A stretch of 54,548 nt of DNA, taken from NCBI GenBank assembly GCA_029240715.1, contig JARDZR010000001.1, positions 1 to 54,548 of the forward strand, given 5' to 3'. Of the stretch, positions 18,600 to 28,110 are shown piece by piece. Each line of letters begins with the position of its first letter. The stretch's first letter is position 1. The notes beneath the pieces are model-generated. The model worked only from the letters and a program-made list of their open reading frames with translations. It was not told the DNA's origin and did no database searches. Source of the DNA: Gammaproteobacteria bacterium. Lineage in GTDB: Bacteria > Pseudomonadota > Gammaproteobacteria > Francisellales > CACEW01. A program made the translations under genes and the position numbers.

Positions 18600-19623
18600 A
18601 TCCATTAGCCTGGCTGAACTTGAACGAGCCGCTGCCCAAAAAAAGCCTATGCCTGAAAGCCTTACCCCAGAGCTTGCCACCTTAGTCAAGCAAGTTCCAA
18701 AAGACCTTAATTGGTTATATGAAATCAAATTTGATGGAGTGCGTCTGCTGTGTTTTATAAACGACGGTAAAATAAAACTCATGACCCGAAACGGCAAAGA
18801 TTGGACTGAGCGCTTTCCAACTGTCGTTAAAGATATAGCCAACTTTCCCGTTAAAAACGCCATTATGGACGGTGAGCTGGTAGCCTTGGACAAAAATGGC
18901 ATATCAAGATTTCAGCTGATCCAAAATGCCTTGGAGCTGGGAGATAAAGCATCCATTTATTACTATATTTTTGATCTACCCTACTGCCAGGGATTAGACT
19001 TAAGCAAAGTTCCTTTATGGCAAAGAAAAGCTTATCTCAGGCAATTATTCCTAAACATGCCAAATAGCGCTTCCATCCGCTTTAGCGAGCATTTAGAAGG
19101 TAAAGGCACTGACATTTTTGAAAAGGCCTGTAGTTTGAAACTGGAAGGCGTAATGGCTAAAAGAATAAACAGCCCTTATTCTAAAAAACGCAGCGATGAT
19201 TGGATCAAAATCAAATGCAGCCAACGCCAAGAGCTTGTTATTGCCGGCTTTACTGAGCCTGCAGGAACAAGACAATATTTTGGTTCTTTGCTGTTGGGAT
19301 TTTTTGATGAAAAAGGCCATCTTATTTACTGCGGTAGAGTAGGCACTGGATTTAATCACGCCCTGTTAAAACAGCTTTATCAAAAAATGCAGCCTCTTAG
19401 ACAAAAGCATTCGCCTTTTTATCAATTAGCCAACATCCCTGAAGTCAGGCATGCCCACTGGCTGAAACCGACTCTAGTCGGTGAAATTGAGTTTACTGAA
19501 TGGACCCATGAAGGCAGGATCCGTCATCCTTCTTTTAAAGGTTTAAGAGAAGATAAAACAGCCAGGGAGGTCAAAGTTGAACTGCCCAAGTCTTTGTCTG
19601 AATTAGCAGGAATAAGCGCATGA
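18589..19623 (+). CDS. ligD: Stand-alone ATP-dependent DNA ligase (LigD ligase domain)
   Basis: Adenylation motif I is EIKFDGVR, followed by an OB-fold C-terminus. I prefer the ATG at 18589 (MANKS..), which overlaps the PE stop as ATGGCAAATAA. The track ORF starts at 18526. Confidence 0.88.
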   Translation: MANKSISLAELERAAAQKKPMPESLTPELATLVKQVPKDLNWLYEIKFDGVRLLCFINDGKIKLMTRNGKDWTERFPTVVKDIANFPVKNAIMDGELVALDKNGISRFQLIQNALELGDKASIYYYIFDLPYCQGLDLSKVPLWQRKAYLRQLFLNMPNSASIRFSEHLEGKGTDIFEKACSLKLEGVMAKRINSPYSKKRSDDWIKIKCSQRQELVIAGFTEPAGTRQYFGSLLLGFFDEKGHLIYCGRVGTGFNHALLKQLYQKMQPLRQKHSPFYQLANIPEVRHAHWLKPTLVGEIEFTEWTHEGRIRHPSFKGLREDKTAREVKVELPKSLSELAGISA

Positions 19624-20492
19624 ACCAGTCCAAAATTGCAGGAGTTGAGCTGTCCCATCCCGACAAGCTGATTTATCCTCATGCCAAAGTCACCAAGCTC
19701 GATCTAGCCCAGTACTACCACCGGCATTGCGAGCGAATACTGCCGCATTTAATCAATCGCCCTTTAGCTATTTTGCGCTGCCCGCAAGGCCAGGACCAGC
19801 CTTGCTTTTATCAAAAACACACCGAAACTCTATCTAAAACTATCAGTCATGTTTTAGTCAATGAAAAAAGCGGGCTTAAAGAGCCGCATATTGTGATTAA
19901 AACTGAAGCCGATTTAATCAGCCTAGTCCAGTTTGGCGCACTTGAACTGCATACCTGGGGCAGCCTGGCTGATAACATTGATAAACCAGATCGCATGGTA
20001 TTTGATTTAGATCCTGGGCCTAATGTGGAATTCGGGGCCATTATTGAAGCGGCCAAAATTTTAAAAGCGGGGCTTGAAGCTTTAAACTTACAAAGCTTTG
20101 TGAAAACTTCAGGTAAAAAAGGCCTGCATATATTTGTTCCTTTAAAAAGAGTACATGACTGGGACACTGTAAAAAGCTTTGCCAAAACCATGGCCGATAG
20201 CATGGCTGAAATTGCGCCTAATCAATATGTTTCTACTATCAGCAAGGCCAAAAGGACAGGTAAAATTCTAATTGATTATCTAAGAAATGAGCGTGGTGCT
20301 ACCTGTGTTTCTGCCTATTCCAGCAGAGCCACTGCAATGGCCTCTATTTCCGTTCCCCTAAGCTGGGATGAATTAGATCAGATTAAAGCGGGCAATGTGT
20401 TTGATTTTTCAAATATTGAACAACGCTTAAAAAATACCGAGCCTTGGCAGGATTATTTTTCTATCAAACAATCGCTGAAATTAAAGGCCTAA
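19620..20492 (+). CDS. ligD: Stand-alone LigD polymerase/primase (AEP) domain protein
   Basis: 290 aa. MVFDLDPGP and SGKKGLHIFVPL are motifs of the LigD Pol domain. The start overlaps the ligase stop as ATGA. Confidence 0.88.
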   Translation: MNQSKIAGVELSHPDKLIYPHAKVTKLDLAQYYHRHCERILPHLINRPLAILRCPQGQDQPCFYQKHTETLSKTISHVLVNEKSGLKEPHIVIKTEADLISLVQFGALELHTWGSLADNIDKPDRMVFDLDPGPNVEFGAIIEAAKILKAGLEALNLQSFVKTSGKKGLHIFVPLKRVHDWDTVKSFAKTMADSMAEIAPNQYVSTISKAKRTGKILIDYLRNERGATCVSAYSSRATAMASISVPLSWDELDQIKAGNVFDFSNIEQRLKNTEPWQDYFSIKQSLKLKA

Positions 20493-20522
20493 ACAAAAAA
20501 ATGCCGGCCTTCACTTAATCTA

Positions 20523-22049
20523 TTAATGATTAAAACAGCGAACTCCAGTCAACAGCATTCCGATGCCGTATTCATCACAGGCTTGAATGATTTCTTGATC
20601 TTTTATTGAGCCGCCCGGTTGAATAATGGCTTTGATGCCTGCTTTGGCAATCACATCAATATTGTCGCGAAACGGGAAAAACCCATCTGAAGCCAACACG
20701 GCTTTTTGTAAATTTTTGCCGGCTTTTTCAATGGCCATTTTCACCGCATCAATTCTGGAAACCTGACCACAGCCCAAGCCAAGAGTACTTTGATTTTCTG
20801 TAACGGCAATGGCATTAGACTTTAAGTGTTTCACTACTTTCCAGGCAAATAATAGCTCTTGTATTTCTCTGGCATCTGGTTTTACAGCAGTCACCACTTT
20901 TAAGTCATCAGCTGCTATTGATTGCATATCTCGATCCTGCACTAACAGGCCGCCTGCAATAAACTTATAAACTAAAGCAGGTTTAGGGGCTGCTATATCC
21001 GCTAAAGCCAATAAACGATAATTAGGCTTAGCACTTAAAATATCACATGCATCGGGCTCAAAAGCGGGAGCAATAATCACTTCAATAAATACGGTATTTA
21101 AAAAAGCTGCTATGGCTTTTGTGCATACTCGGTTTAATGCAATTATTCCGCCAAAAGCAGATTGGCTATCTGCCTGCCAGGCTTGATTAAAAGCCTCATT
21201 GATGTGAGCGGCCGCTGCTACAGCACAAGGGTTGGCATGCTTCACAATCACGCAAGCAGGTTTATCAAACTCCAATACACAGGAAAAAGCGGCTTCTGCA
21301 TCAACAAAGTTGTTATAAGATAAAGTCTTGCCTTGCAGTTGTTTGGCCGCTAAAAGGCAAGATTCCTTATAGGGATGATGATAGATAGCAGCCTGCTGTT
21401 GGGGATTTTCTCCATATCTTAAAAGCTCCTGCAACTCAAAGCTCAAGCTTAATTTTTGCGGAAACTTTTCCTGGTTCAAATACTCGGCGATTAGCGCATC
21501 ATAGCAAGCAGTATGCGCAAAGGCTTTTGCTGCTAGTTTTTTCCGGCTTGCCAGGCTGATAACCTTGTTGTGCTTTAGCTCATCGATAGTGCTTGCATAG
21601 TCTTTAGGATCAACGATAACCGAAACCCAGTTCATATTTTTGGCAGCAGAACGGATCATAGCCGGACCGCCAATATCAATGTTTTCAATAATTTCATGAT
21701 AAGGAGCTTGGGCTTGAACTTTTTTAGCAAAGGGGTAAAGATTAACCACCACCAAATCAATCCATTCGATCTCATGCTGTTTGGCCTCAAGCGCATGCTC
21801 ATCTCTTTTACCCAAAATGCCGCCATGAATTTTCGGATGCAGGGTTTTAAGCCTTCCTTCCATGAGCTCAGGATAACCGGTCAGCTCTGAAACAAAACTC
21901 ACAGCGATACCGGCATTTTTTAAGGTTTCTGCAGTGCCTCCAGTGGAAATGATTTTAATGCCGAGGCTTTGTAGATTTTTAGCAAATTCAAGCAGCCCTG
22001 ATTTATCAGAAACAGAAATCAATGCTGTTTTAACGGGAAATTCTGTCAT
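20523..22049 (-). CDS. purH: Bifunctional AICAR transformylase / IMP cyclohydrolase
   Basis: N-terminal MGS-like domain (ALISVSDKSG) and C-terminal AICARFT domain, ending with the typical ..GVRCFNH. I prefer the ATG at 22049, which has an AGGGAGA Shine-Dalgarno, over the TTG at 22055. Confidence 0.95.
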   Translation of the reverse strand: MTEFPVKTALISVSDKSGLLEFAKNLQSLGIKIISTGGTAETLKNAGIAVSFVSELTGYPELMEGRLKTLHPKIHGGILGKRDEHALEAKQHEIEWIDLVVVNLYPFAKKVQAQAPYHEIIENIDIGGPAMIRSAAKNMNWVSVIVDPKDYASTIDELKHNKVISLASRKKLAAKAFAHTACYDALIAEYLNQEKFPQKLSLSFELQELLRYGENPQQQAAIYHHPYKESCLLAAKQLQGKTLSYNNFVDAEAAFSCVLEFDKPACVIVKHANPCAVAAAAHINEAFNQAWQADSQSAFGGIIALNRVCTKAIAAFLNTVFIEVIIAPAFEPDACDILSAKPNYRLLALADIAAPKPALVYKFIAGGLLVQDRDMQSIAADDLKVVTAVKPDAREIQELLFAWKVVKHLKSNAIAVTENQSTLGLGCGQVSRIDAVKMAIEKAGKNLQKAVLASDGFFPFRDNIDVIAKAGIKAIIQPGGSIKDQEIIQACDEYGIGMLLTGVRCFNH

Positions 22050-22079
22050 TCGCAAAATTCTCCCTATGCAAAGAGTCGT

Positions 22080-22664
22080 TTAGATTTTGCCCTGCTCAAA
22101 CATTTGAATGGCTTCTATTAAGGCTTCAGCTTCAAGAGCCTGCACTTTTGATTTTAAACTTAAAGCCGTGTCATCAGCTACTACCGCACACTTCTTTTGT
22201 AAAATGATTTTGCCCGCATCTACAGCTTCTTCCACCAAATGCACGCTGCAACCGCTTTCCTTCTCAGCGGAATTTAAAACAGCTTCATGCACGCTTAGGT
22301 CCATTAAATTGGCAAATTTAGGTAAAAGCGAGGGATGCACATTAAGCAGTTTCCGATACCACTGCCTGGTAAATCTTCCCGATAAAATTCGCATAAATCC
22401 GATCAGCAAAACCAAATCAACATGATGGTCGCTCAGTAATTGGTTAAGCATTTGATCATAGCTTTCACGGCTATGCCCCTGAGGAGAAACATACCAAACT
22501 GGAATATTATGCTCGCGCGCTTTGTCCAAAATCAAAGCATCGGAACGATCGCTAATCACTACTTTAATGACAGCGTTCAGCTTACCCGCTTCAATCGCTT
22601 CAATAATAGGAAGCAGAATACTACCTCGAGTGGAACCTAGAATTCCCAGCTTTACAGGATGCAT
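22080..22664 (-). CDS. purN: Phosphoribosylglycinamide formyltransferase
   Basis: GSTRGS and NVHPSLLP motifs. I prefer the ATG at 22664 over the TTG at 22685. Confidence 0.9.
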   Translation of the reverse strand: MHPVKLGILGSTRGSILLPIIEAIEAGKLNAVIKVVISDRSDALILDKAREHNIPVWYVSPQGHSRESYDQMLNQLLSDHHVDLVLLIGFMRILSGRFTRQWYRKLLNVHPSLLPKFANLMDLSVHEAVLNSAEKESGCSVHLVEEAVDAGKIILQKKCAVVADDTALSLKSKVQALEAEALIEAIQMFEQGKI

Positions 22665-22720
22665 ATAGTCTTTTCCACCTTTCAATAGTCCATCTGTTTA
22701 TATTAGTGGAAAATTATCGT

Positions 22721-23986
22721 CTAGCAATGCGCTTTTCCAATATCAGATCGATGAAAAACAGGGCCCTGCACCTGATTGGCTAGATTTTCAGCCTGGGCTT
22801 CAGCTTCAAATAAGCTATCAGCAATGCCTAATACTGCAACAGCACGAGATCCAGTCATAATTAATTTATCCTCTTGCTGGTCTACAGCTGCAAAGTAAAG
22901 TTGATCGGGTTTATCTAGCTTTGAAACATCAATAGCTTGTCCTTTGATAGGATGCTCAGGATAACCGTTTGGCACGAGATATTTGCAAACGCTGGCCTTT
23001 GCTAGGAATTTTATGGGAACTTTATCTAGACTGCCATCTATAATGCCATAGCATATTTCAATAAAATCAGAATCCAGCAAAGCCAGTAAATTAATAGCTT
23101 CCGGATCGCCAAATCTAGCATTGTATTCAATTAACTTAATGCCCTGTTCGGTCTTCATAAAACCGCCATACAAAATCCCTTTATAGGGCTTGTTCCATTC
23201 TTGATACATCGCCAAAATGGCTGATTGATTAATGGCTTGGGCCTCTAAAATGTCCTGTTTACTCAAAAAAGGCAGAAGATGATTGGCATCGGAGTATGTT
23301 CCCATCCCGCCTGTATTAGGGCCTTTGTCCCCCACAAAAGCACGCTTGTGGTCTTGCACAGGAGGCATGTGGACACAGTGTTCACCATCGCTAAAACTTA
23401 ACAATGAAAACTCAGGGCCTTTTAGTTTCTGTTCAATTACAAATGGACCGTTAATCTGTTCGATAAAGGCTAAAGCTTGTTTATGGTCAAATAGCTGCTC
23501 TCCCGCTATTTTTACTCCTTTTCCACCCATTAGGCCGTCTGCTTTAATGACATAGTTATGCTGGAGTTCATTCAAAAAAGCTTCAGCTTCAGCACAAGCT
23601 TGCTTAAATCTTTTATAAAGCGGGGCCCCAGCAACAGAGTATCGGCTCAACAGCTCTCTTGCCAGGCCTTTACTGCTTTCAATCTGAGCTAATTGTTGAG
23701 ATGGCCCCACTGCCGCAATATGGTTTTTTGCCAATAGATCAACTATACCGAGGCTTAAAGCTAATTCAGGCCCGATAACTGCAAAATCCACCTTGGATTC
23801 TACAGCAAAATTCAGCATGGCTTTAATGTCCTGCATACTCCCCACTTGGTAGTTTTGGCACAAAGACAAAATACCCGGATTATGGGAGCTGACATAACAG
23901 TAAAGCTGACTGGGATGAGAAGAACGTTTAATGGCACGGGCTATCGCGTGTTCACGGGCCCCTGAACCCAGCAACATAATTTTCAT
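22721..23986 (-). CDS. purD: Phosphoribosylamine-glycine ligase
   Basis: 421 aa ATP-grasp protein. MKIMLLGSGAREHAIA and the overall GARS pattern support the call. Confidence 0.95.
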   Translation of the reverse strand: MKIMLLGSGAREHAIARAIKRSSHPSQLYCYVSSHNPGILSLCQNYQVGSMQDIKAMLNFAVESKVDFAVIGPELALSLGIVDLLAKNHIAAVGPSQQLAQIESSKGLARELLSRYSVAGAPLYKRFKQACAEAEAFLNELQHNYVIKADGLMGGKGVKIAGEQLFDHKQALAFIEQINGPFVIEQKLKGPEFSLLSFSDGEHCVHMPPVQDHKRAFVGDKGPNTGGMGTYSDANHLLPFLSKQDILEAQAINQSAILAMYQEWNKPYKGILYGGFMKTEQGIKLIEYNARFGDPEAINLLALLDSDFIEICYGIIDGSLDKVPIKFLAKASVCKYLVPNGYPEHPIKGQAIDVSKLDKPDQLYFAAVDQQEDKLIMTGSRAVAVLGIADSLFEAEAQAENLANQVQGPVFHRSDIGKAHC

Positions 23987-25422
23987 TGGGCAGCCTCTTG
24001 TTCAGATATGACTCCGGCGCAGTAATCTCCATCCATACATGCCATACAAGGTTTTTTAACCCGGTGCAGTCCTTTTCTTAAAGTAGCTTCCTGCAGATCT
24101 TCTAAATTTTGATAAAGCAGAATATCCACCCCTAAATATTCTTGAATGGCTGCGATGCTTTTATTATGGGCAATCAACTCTTTTGAAGTGGGGATATTAA
24201 TCCCATAGTAACAGGGGAATTTAACCGGAGGGCAAGCACTGACTAAATAGACTTGTTTGGCGCCACAGTCTCGTACCATTCTAACAATTTCACGGCTAGT
24301 GGTCCCTCTTACAATACTGTCATCCAACAGCAAAACAGATTTATTTTTAATTTCGATTTTCTGAGGGCTTAATTTAAATCTAACTGATTCACGCCTAAGT
24401 GCATCTCCCGGCATAATAAAAGTTCGGCCGATAAAGGGGTTTTTATATAAGCCCTCGCTATATCGAACTTGAATTTCATGGGCAAAGGCTAAGGCTGCGG
24501 TATTGGAAGTAAAAGGCACGGGGATGACCACATCCGGTTTAATCTCAGGATAAGTTTTAAGCCAGTTTTTTGCCAAATTTTGCCCCATTCTTAGCCTGGC
24601 CCGATACACACTGATATCGTTTAATCTTGAATCCGGCCTTGCAAAATATACATATTCAAATACACAGGGTCTGAATTCTGCTTGCTGAAGTATTCTTCTA
24701 AACAGCTTCCCTTCAAGGTCAACAAATACCACTTCACCCGGTGCAATATCTCCCATTTCCTCAAAGCCCAAACCAAAAAAAGCGGTGGTTTCAGAAGCGA
24801 TGATCACATCTTCAGTGCCATCATCACTTCTGCGAATTCCCATGCATAATGGACGAATACCATTAGGGTCTCTAAAAGCAACGAGGCCCTTGCCAACAAC
24901 AATACTTAGCACTGAATAAGAGCCTTGCACTTTTTGGAAAATTTGACTGACTGAACCGCAAACCTGCTCAAAAAACCCGCTGGATGTATGGACTGGCTCA
25001 GTTTCAGCAAAACCATCAGCAAACAAATGAATCAAAGTTTCTGAATCACTCTCGGTATTAAGGTGACGGCGGCTTTTTCTAAGTTCAGTTCTAAGCTGTT
25101 TGTAATTGGTTAAGTTTCCGTTATGAGCCAAAGCGATCCCATAAGGGCTTCCCAGCCAAAAGGGCTGTGCTTGCTCTTGGCAAGCGCCTCCGGTAGTCGG
25201 ATATCTGACATGGCCAATACCCAGTTTACCGCTTAATCGCTCAATGTCTTCTTTATCAAAAACATCTCGAACCAGGCCTTGCGAAATTCTTCTGTGAAAA
25301 AATTCATCACAGGTCATGATACCCGCAGAGTCCTGACCCCGATGTTGAAGTTGGATTAAGCTTTCGTATAGCTCAGCAGCTACTTCATGGTTTTGATTAA
25401 CAATGCCAACGATTCCGCACAT
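23983..25422 (-). CDS. purF: Amidophosphoribosyltransferase
   Basis: N-terminal MCGIVGI (Ntn catalytic Cys) and a PRTase motif (VLLLDDSIVRGTT). Confidence 0.95.
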   Translation of the reverse strand: MCGIVGIVNQNHEVAAELYESLIQLQHRGQDSAGIMTCDEFFHRRISQGLVRDVFDKEDIERLSGKLGIGHVRYPTTGGACQEQAQPFWLGSPYGIALAHNGNLTNYKQLRTELRKSRRHLNTESDSETLIHLFADGFAETEPVHTSSGFFEQVCGSVSQIFQKVQGSYSVLSIVVGKGLVAFRDPNGIRPLCMGIRRSDDGTEDVIIASETTAFFGLGFEEMGDIAPGEVVFVDLEGKLFRRILQQAEFRPCVFEYVYFARPDSRLNDISVYRARLRMGQNLAKNWLKTYPEIKPDVVIPVPFTSNTAALAFAHEIQVRYSEGLYKNPFIGRTFIMPGDALRRESVRFKLSPQKIEIKNKSVLLLDDSIVRGTTSREIVRMVRDCGAKQVYLVSACPPVKFPCYYGINIPTSKELIAHNKSIAAIQEYLGVDILLYQNLEDLQEATLRKGLHRVKKPCMACMDGDYCAGVISEQEAAQ

Positions 25423-25485
25423 AGACCATCCCTCTTCTCACATCTTCCTAAGAAAAAGAAATGGCAGGCGAACTAAAATCTGAGT

Positions 25486-26037
25486 TTAAGCATCCACCAT
25501 TTCTTCAGCATGAGCTTCAAACCAATAGTTAAATAAGCGCAGCAATACCGTAGTGATAGCGCCTACTATGACAGCCGGCAAACAGATATAAGCGAACGGT
25601 ACAATCACTCCATACTGCAGCAAAACTTGTTCCGCTTGCTGAGTATTGGGCATAGGTAATGCATGGCTTAAAAGAAAATACATAGGCACAATAAATAAAA
25701 TAATTAAAGTAAACAGTAATCCGCATAATGTCCCGGTCCCTGCTACTCTGAAAATTTTAAGCTCATCTTTTGGCATTTGTAAGATGGGAGCAGCAAACAC
25801 CGCCCCTATTGCAGCAAAAATTAAACTCGCAGCCAAGCTATAACCCATGATATCGGATAAGCTCATATTCGGATCAATAGCATAGACTTCAATTGCCAAT
25901 AAACCGCAGACAAAGAACCATACCGCAGTAAAAAGTCTGGGCCGTTGTTTAGCTGTGGTGGTTTTACAAATATGCAGAACGGCTTTGCAAAATTGTATAA
26001 GTTTAATAAAAATTTGGTTTGCTATTGTGTTTGCCAT
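25486..26037 (-). CDS. Hypothetical integral membrane protein (about 4 TM) between purQSC and purF
   Basis: 183 aa with hydrophobic segments. It sits where cvpA lies in enteric cvpA-purF operons, but I see no CvpA-like sequence. Confidence 0.55.
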   Translation of the reverse strand: MANTIANQIFIKLIQFCKAVLHICKTTTAKQRPRLFTAVWFFVCGLLAIEVYAIDPNMSLSDIMGYSLAASLIFAAIGAVFAAPILQMPKDELKIFRVAGTGTLCGLLFTLIILFIVPMYFLLSHALPMPNTQQAEQVLLQYGVIVPFAYICLPAVIVGAITTVLLRLFNYWFEAHAEEMVDA

Positions 26038-28109
26038 GTTAAGTCCAATTTTTGCCCTGTTAATTTCTCATATACTTCAATATAACGTTTTGAAACCTCT
26101 GCAATAAGCTCAGCAGGGGCCTCAGGTAATATTGCATCTTTATAGGGCTTAGAATGTTTAGCATACCATAAGCGGACAATTTCTTTATCAAAACTTTCCG
26201 GCTCTAAACCCTGTTTTATTCTCTCCTCATAGTTATCCAGTCGCCAATACCGGCTGGAATCAGGAGTGAGACATTCATCCACTAGTATAATATGTCCTTG
26301 GGCATCTTGGCCAAATTCAAATTTAGTATCCGCTAAAATAAGGCCCTTATCCCGAGCAATTTCTGAGGCAAACTCAAAGCATTCTAAAGCTTTTTGGTAG
26401 ATATATTCCCATTGCTCAGGCTTAATATAATCTGCATTAATAATATCTTCTGGCCTTAAAGGCTTGTCTTCTTGGGCTGATTTTGAACTAGGGGTGACAA
26501 TAGGTTTTGGCAGTTTAGTATTTTTATTTAAGCCATCCGGCAAAACGGCATTAAAAAATTGACGCTGGCCTTTTTGATAGAGTTGCCAAATGGATGTGCT
26601 GGTGCTCCCTGTTAAAAAAGCTCGGACAATGACTTCTATTGGGAAAACTCGGCATTTTTTCACCCGCATGCTGTTTGGGCTTGGCATATCAATAAAGTGA
26701 TTATCGATAATACAGCGAGTTTTTCTAAACCACCAAGCGCTTAACTGATTTAAGACTAAAGATTTATAAGGAATGGAAGCAATAGGACGGTCAAAAGCGC
26801 TTAGCCGATTAGTTGTTAATATAAGCAAGCTGTCTTTTCCTATATCATAAATATCTCGCACCTTTCCTCTATGTTTTAAGCTTTGATAGTAATAGCAGTG
26901 ATGAGCATAAGGATTAAATAAGATGCAGCGGGAAATTAAGGATGCTGCAATCGCTTTAATGTCCTGCTCAGAACTGATTTTCCAAATCACTCCTCGCGCC
27001 AGCTTATCGATCGTTAAATGGCACTGACTTTGTAATACTTGCTGTTTCTGAACAGCCAGCATATCTTCTCTTTCTCTGACTAAAAAGGCCAAAGAATTTG
27101 CAGTTAAATCAAGCTTAACGCAGCGCTCTTTGCTGGATTGAAACAGCTCATTACTTTCAGCGATTTCTTTAATGGCAACTGCCGAATCGAATTCCCAGTG
27201 GATAAATTTCTCAACTGTCAGCTTATAACCCATATCTCGTAGGGCTTTTTGCACACTGATGGCTTCATTATCATTAATCAGCATTTGCACGCATAGCTCT
27301 TGCTGATCCTCTGCTAAGTAATAAGGCTTAATCTCAAGGGCTGGCAGCTCTAATGCCACTTCCTTAAACTCTATTTTTTGTTGTTGTTTAATGTAATCTC
27401 GCATGGATGCAAATATAGCATCGCCATTTGCTGTCCTTTCAGGATGCGGCATTAAAGCCAATACATTGCCACAAGCATTGGAAATTCCCGCCAGATTATG
27501 CATAGAACCATTGGGATTAATCGGGAATTCATCGACTACCTTGCCGACAGAGTCACAATATTGCCAAATCTCGGCTTGGGCCTCTTGTAAAGCCTGCCAT
27601 ACTTTATCAGGAACAATAAAACGGCCCTCAGCATGGGCCACAGGAACATGCAGTGCACTTGAAAAATGACGAGAAAATACGCTGTTAGCTCTAGGGGTGG
27701 TTTTAATATGACACCAGTCGTTAAAATAGCCTGTCCCCAATACTTTGCCTTGAACAGTCCTTTTATTGTGGGTTAGAGCCATAGCAACGCGCTGCTCAGT
27801 CAAACCGGGCACCAGTCCGCTTTCAACCAATATTTGGGCTCCGTTGCAAATTCCAAGCACAGGTTTGCCTAATTTTGCCTGCTCGACAAGACTTTCCAAC
27901 AGCTTATCTTTGGAAGCGATCAAACCCGAACGACAGCGGTCTTCATAGGAAAAGCCGCCGACAATAACAAAACCGTCATAGCAATCCAGCTGATCAACTG
28001 TCGAATTCCATAATAGGTCTTTTGCATGCATGCCAACCCTTTCAATGGCAAGCTTAGTCTCTCTTTCGCAGTTAGAACCTGGAAACTGTATCACTGCAAT
28101 ACTTATCAT
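26022..28109 (-). CDS. purQ: Fusion protein: FGAM synthase glutaminase (PurQ) + two PurS-like units + SAICAR synthetase (PurC)
   Basis: 695 aa. Residues 1 to about 240 are PurQ (FPGSNCERE, GICNGAQIL, MPHPER). Residues about 255-410 are two PurS-like alpha/beta units (..ILFNPYAHH..). Residues about 410-695 are PurC (RGKVRDIYD, TNRLSAFDR, LADTKFEFG). Confidence 0.85.
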   Translation of the reverse strand: MISIAVIQFPGSNCERETKLAIERVGMHAKDLLWNSTVDQLDCYDGFVIVGGFSYEDRCRSGLIASKDKLLESLVEQAKLGKPVLGICNGAQILVESGLVPGLTEQRVAMALTHNKRTVQGKVLGTGYFNDWCHIKTTPRANSVFSRHFSSALHVPVAHAEGRFIVPDKVWQALQEAQAEIWQYCDSVGKVVDEFPINPNGSMHNLAGISNACGNVLALMPHPERTANGDAIFASMRDYIKQQQKIEFKEVALELPALEIKPYYLAEDQQELCVQMLINDNEAISVQKALRDMGYKLTVEKFIHWEFDSAVAIKEIAESNELFQSSKERCVKLDLTANSLAFLVREREDMLAVQKQQVLQSQCHLTIDKLARGVIWKISSEQDIKAIAASLISRCILFNPYAHHCYYYQSLKHRGKVRDIYDIGKDSLLILTTNRLSAFDRPIASIPYKSLVLNQLSAWWFRKTRCIIDNHFIDMPSPNSMRVKKCRVFPIEVIVRAFLTGSTSTSIWQLYQKGQRQFFNAVLPDGLNKNTKLPKPIVTPSSKSAQEDKPLRPEDIINADYIKPEQWEYIYQKALECFEFASEIARDKGLILADTKFEFGQDAQGHIILVDECLTPDSSRYWRLDNYEERIKQGLEPESFDKEIVRLWYAKHSKPYKDAILPEAPAELIAEVSKRYIEVYEKLTGQKLDLTWQTQ

Positions 28110-28110
28110 A

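Noticed and set aside
20484-20511. A possible bidirectional terminator hairpin (AAGGCC..GGCCTT) between convergent ligD-Pol and purH.
   Set aside because: It has only a 6-bp stem, a 16-nt A-rich loop and no flanking T-run on either strand, so it is too weak to call.
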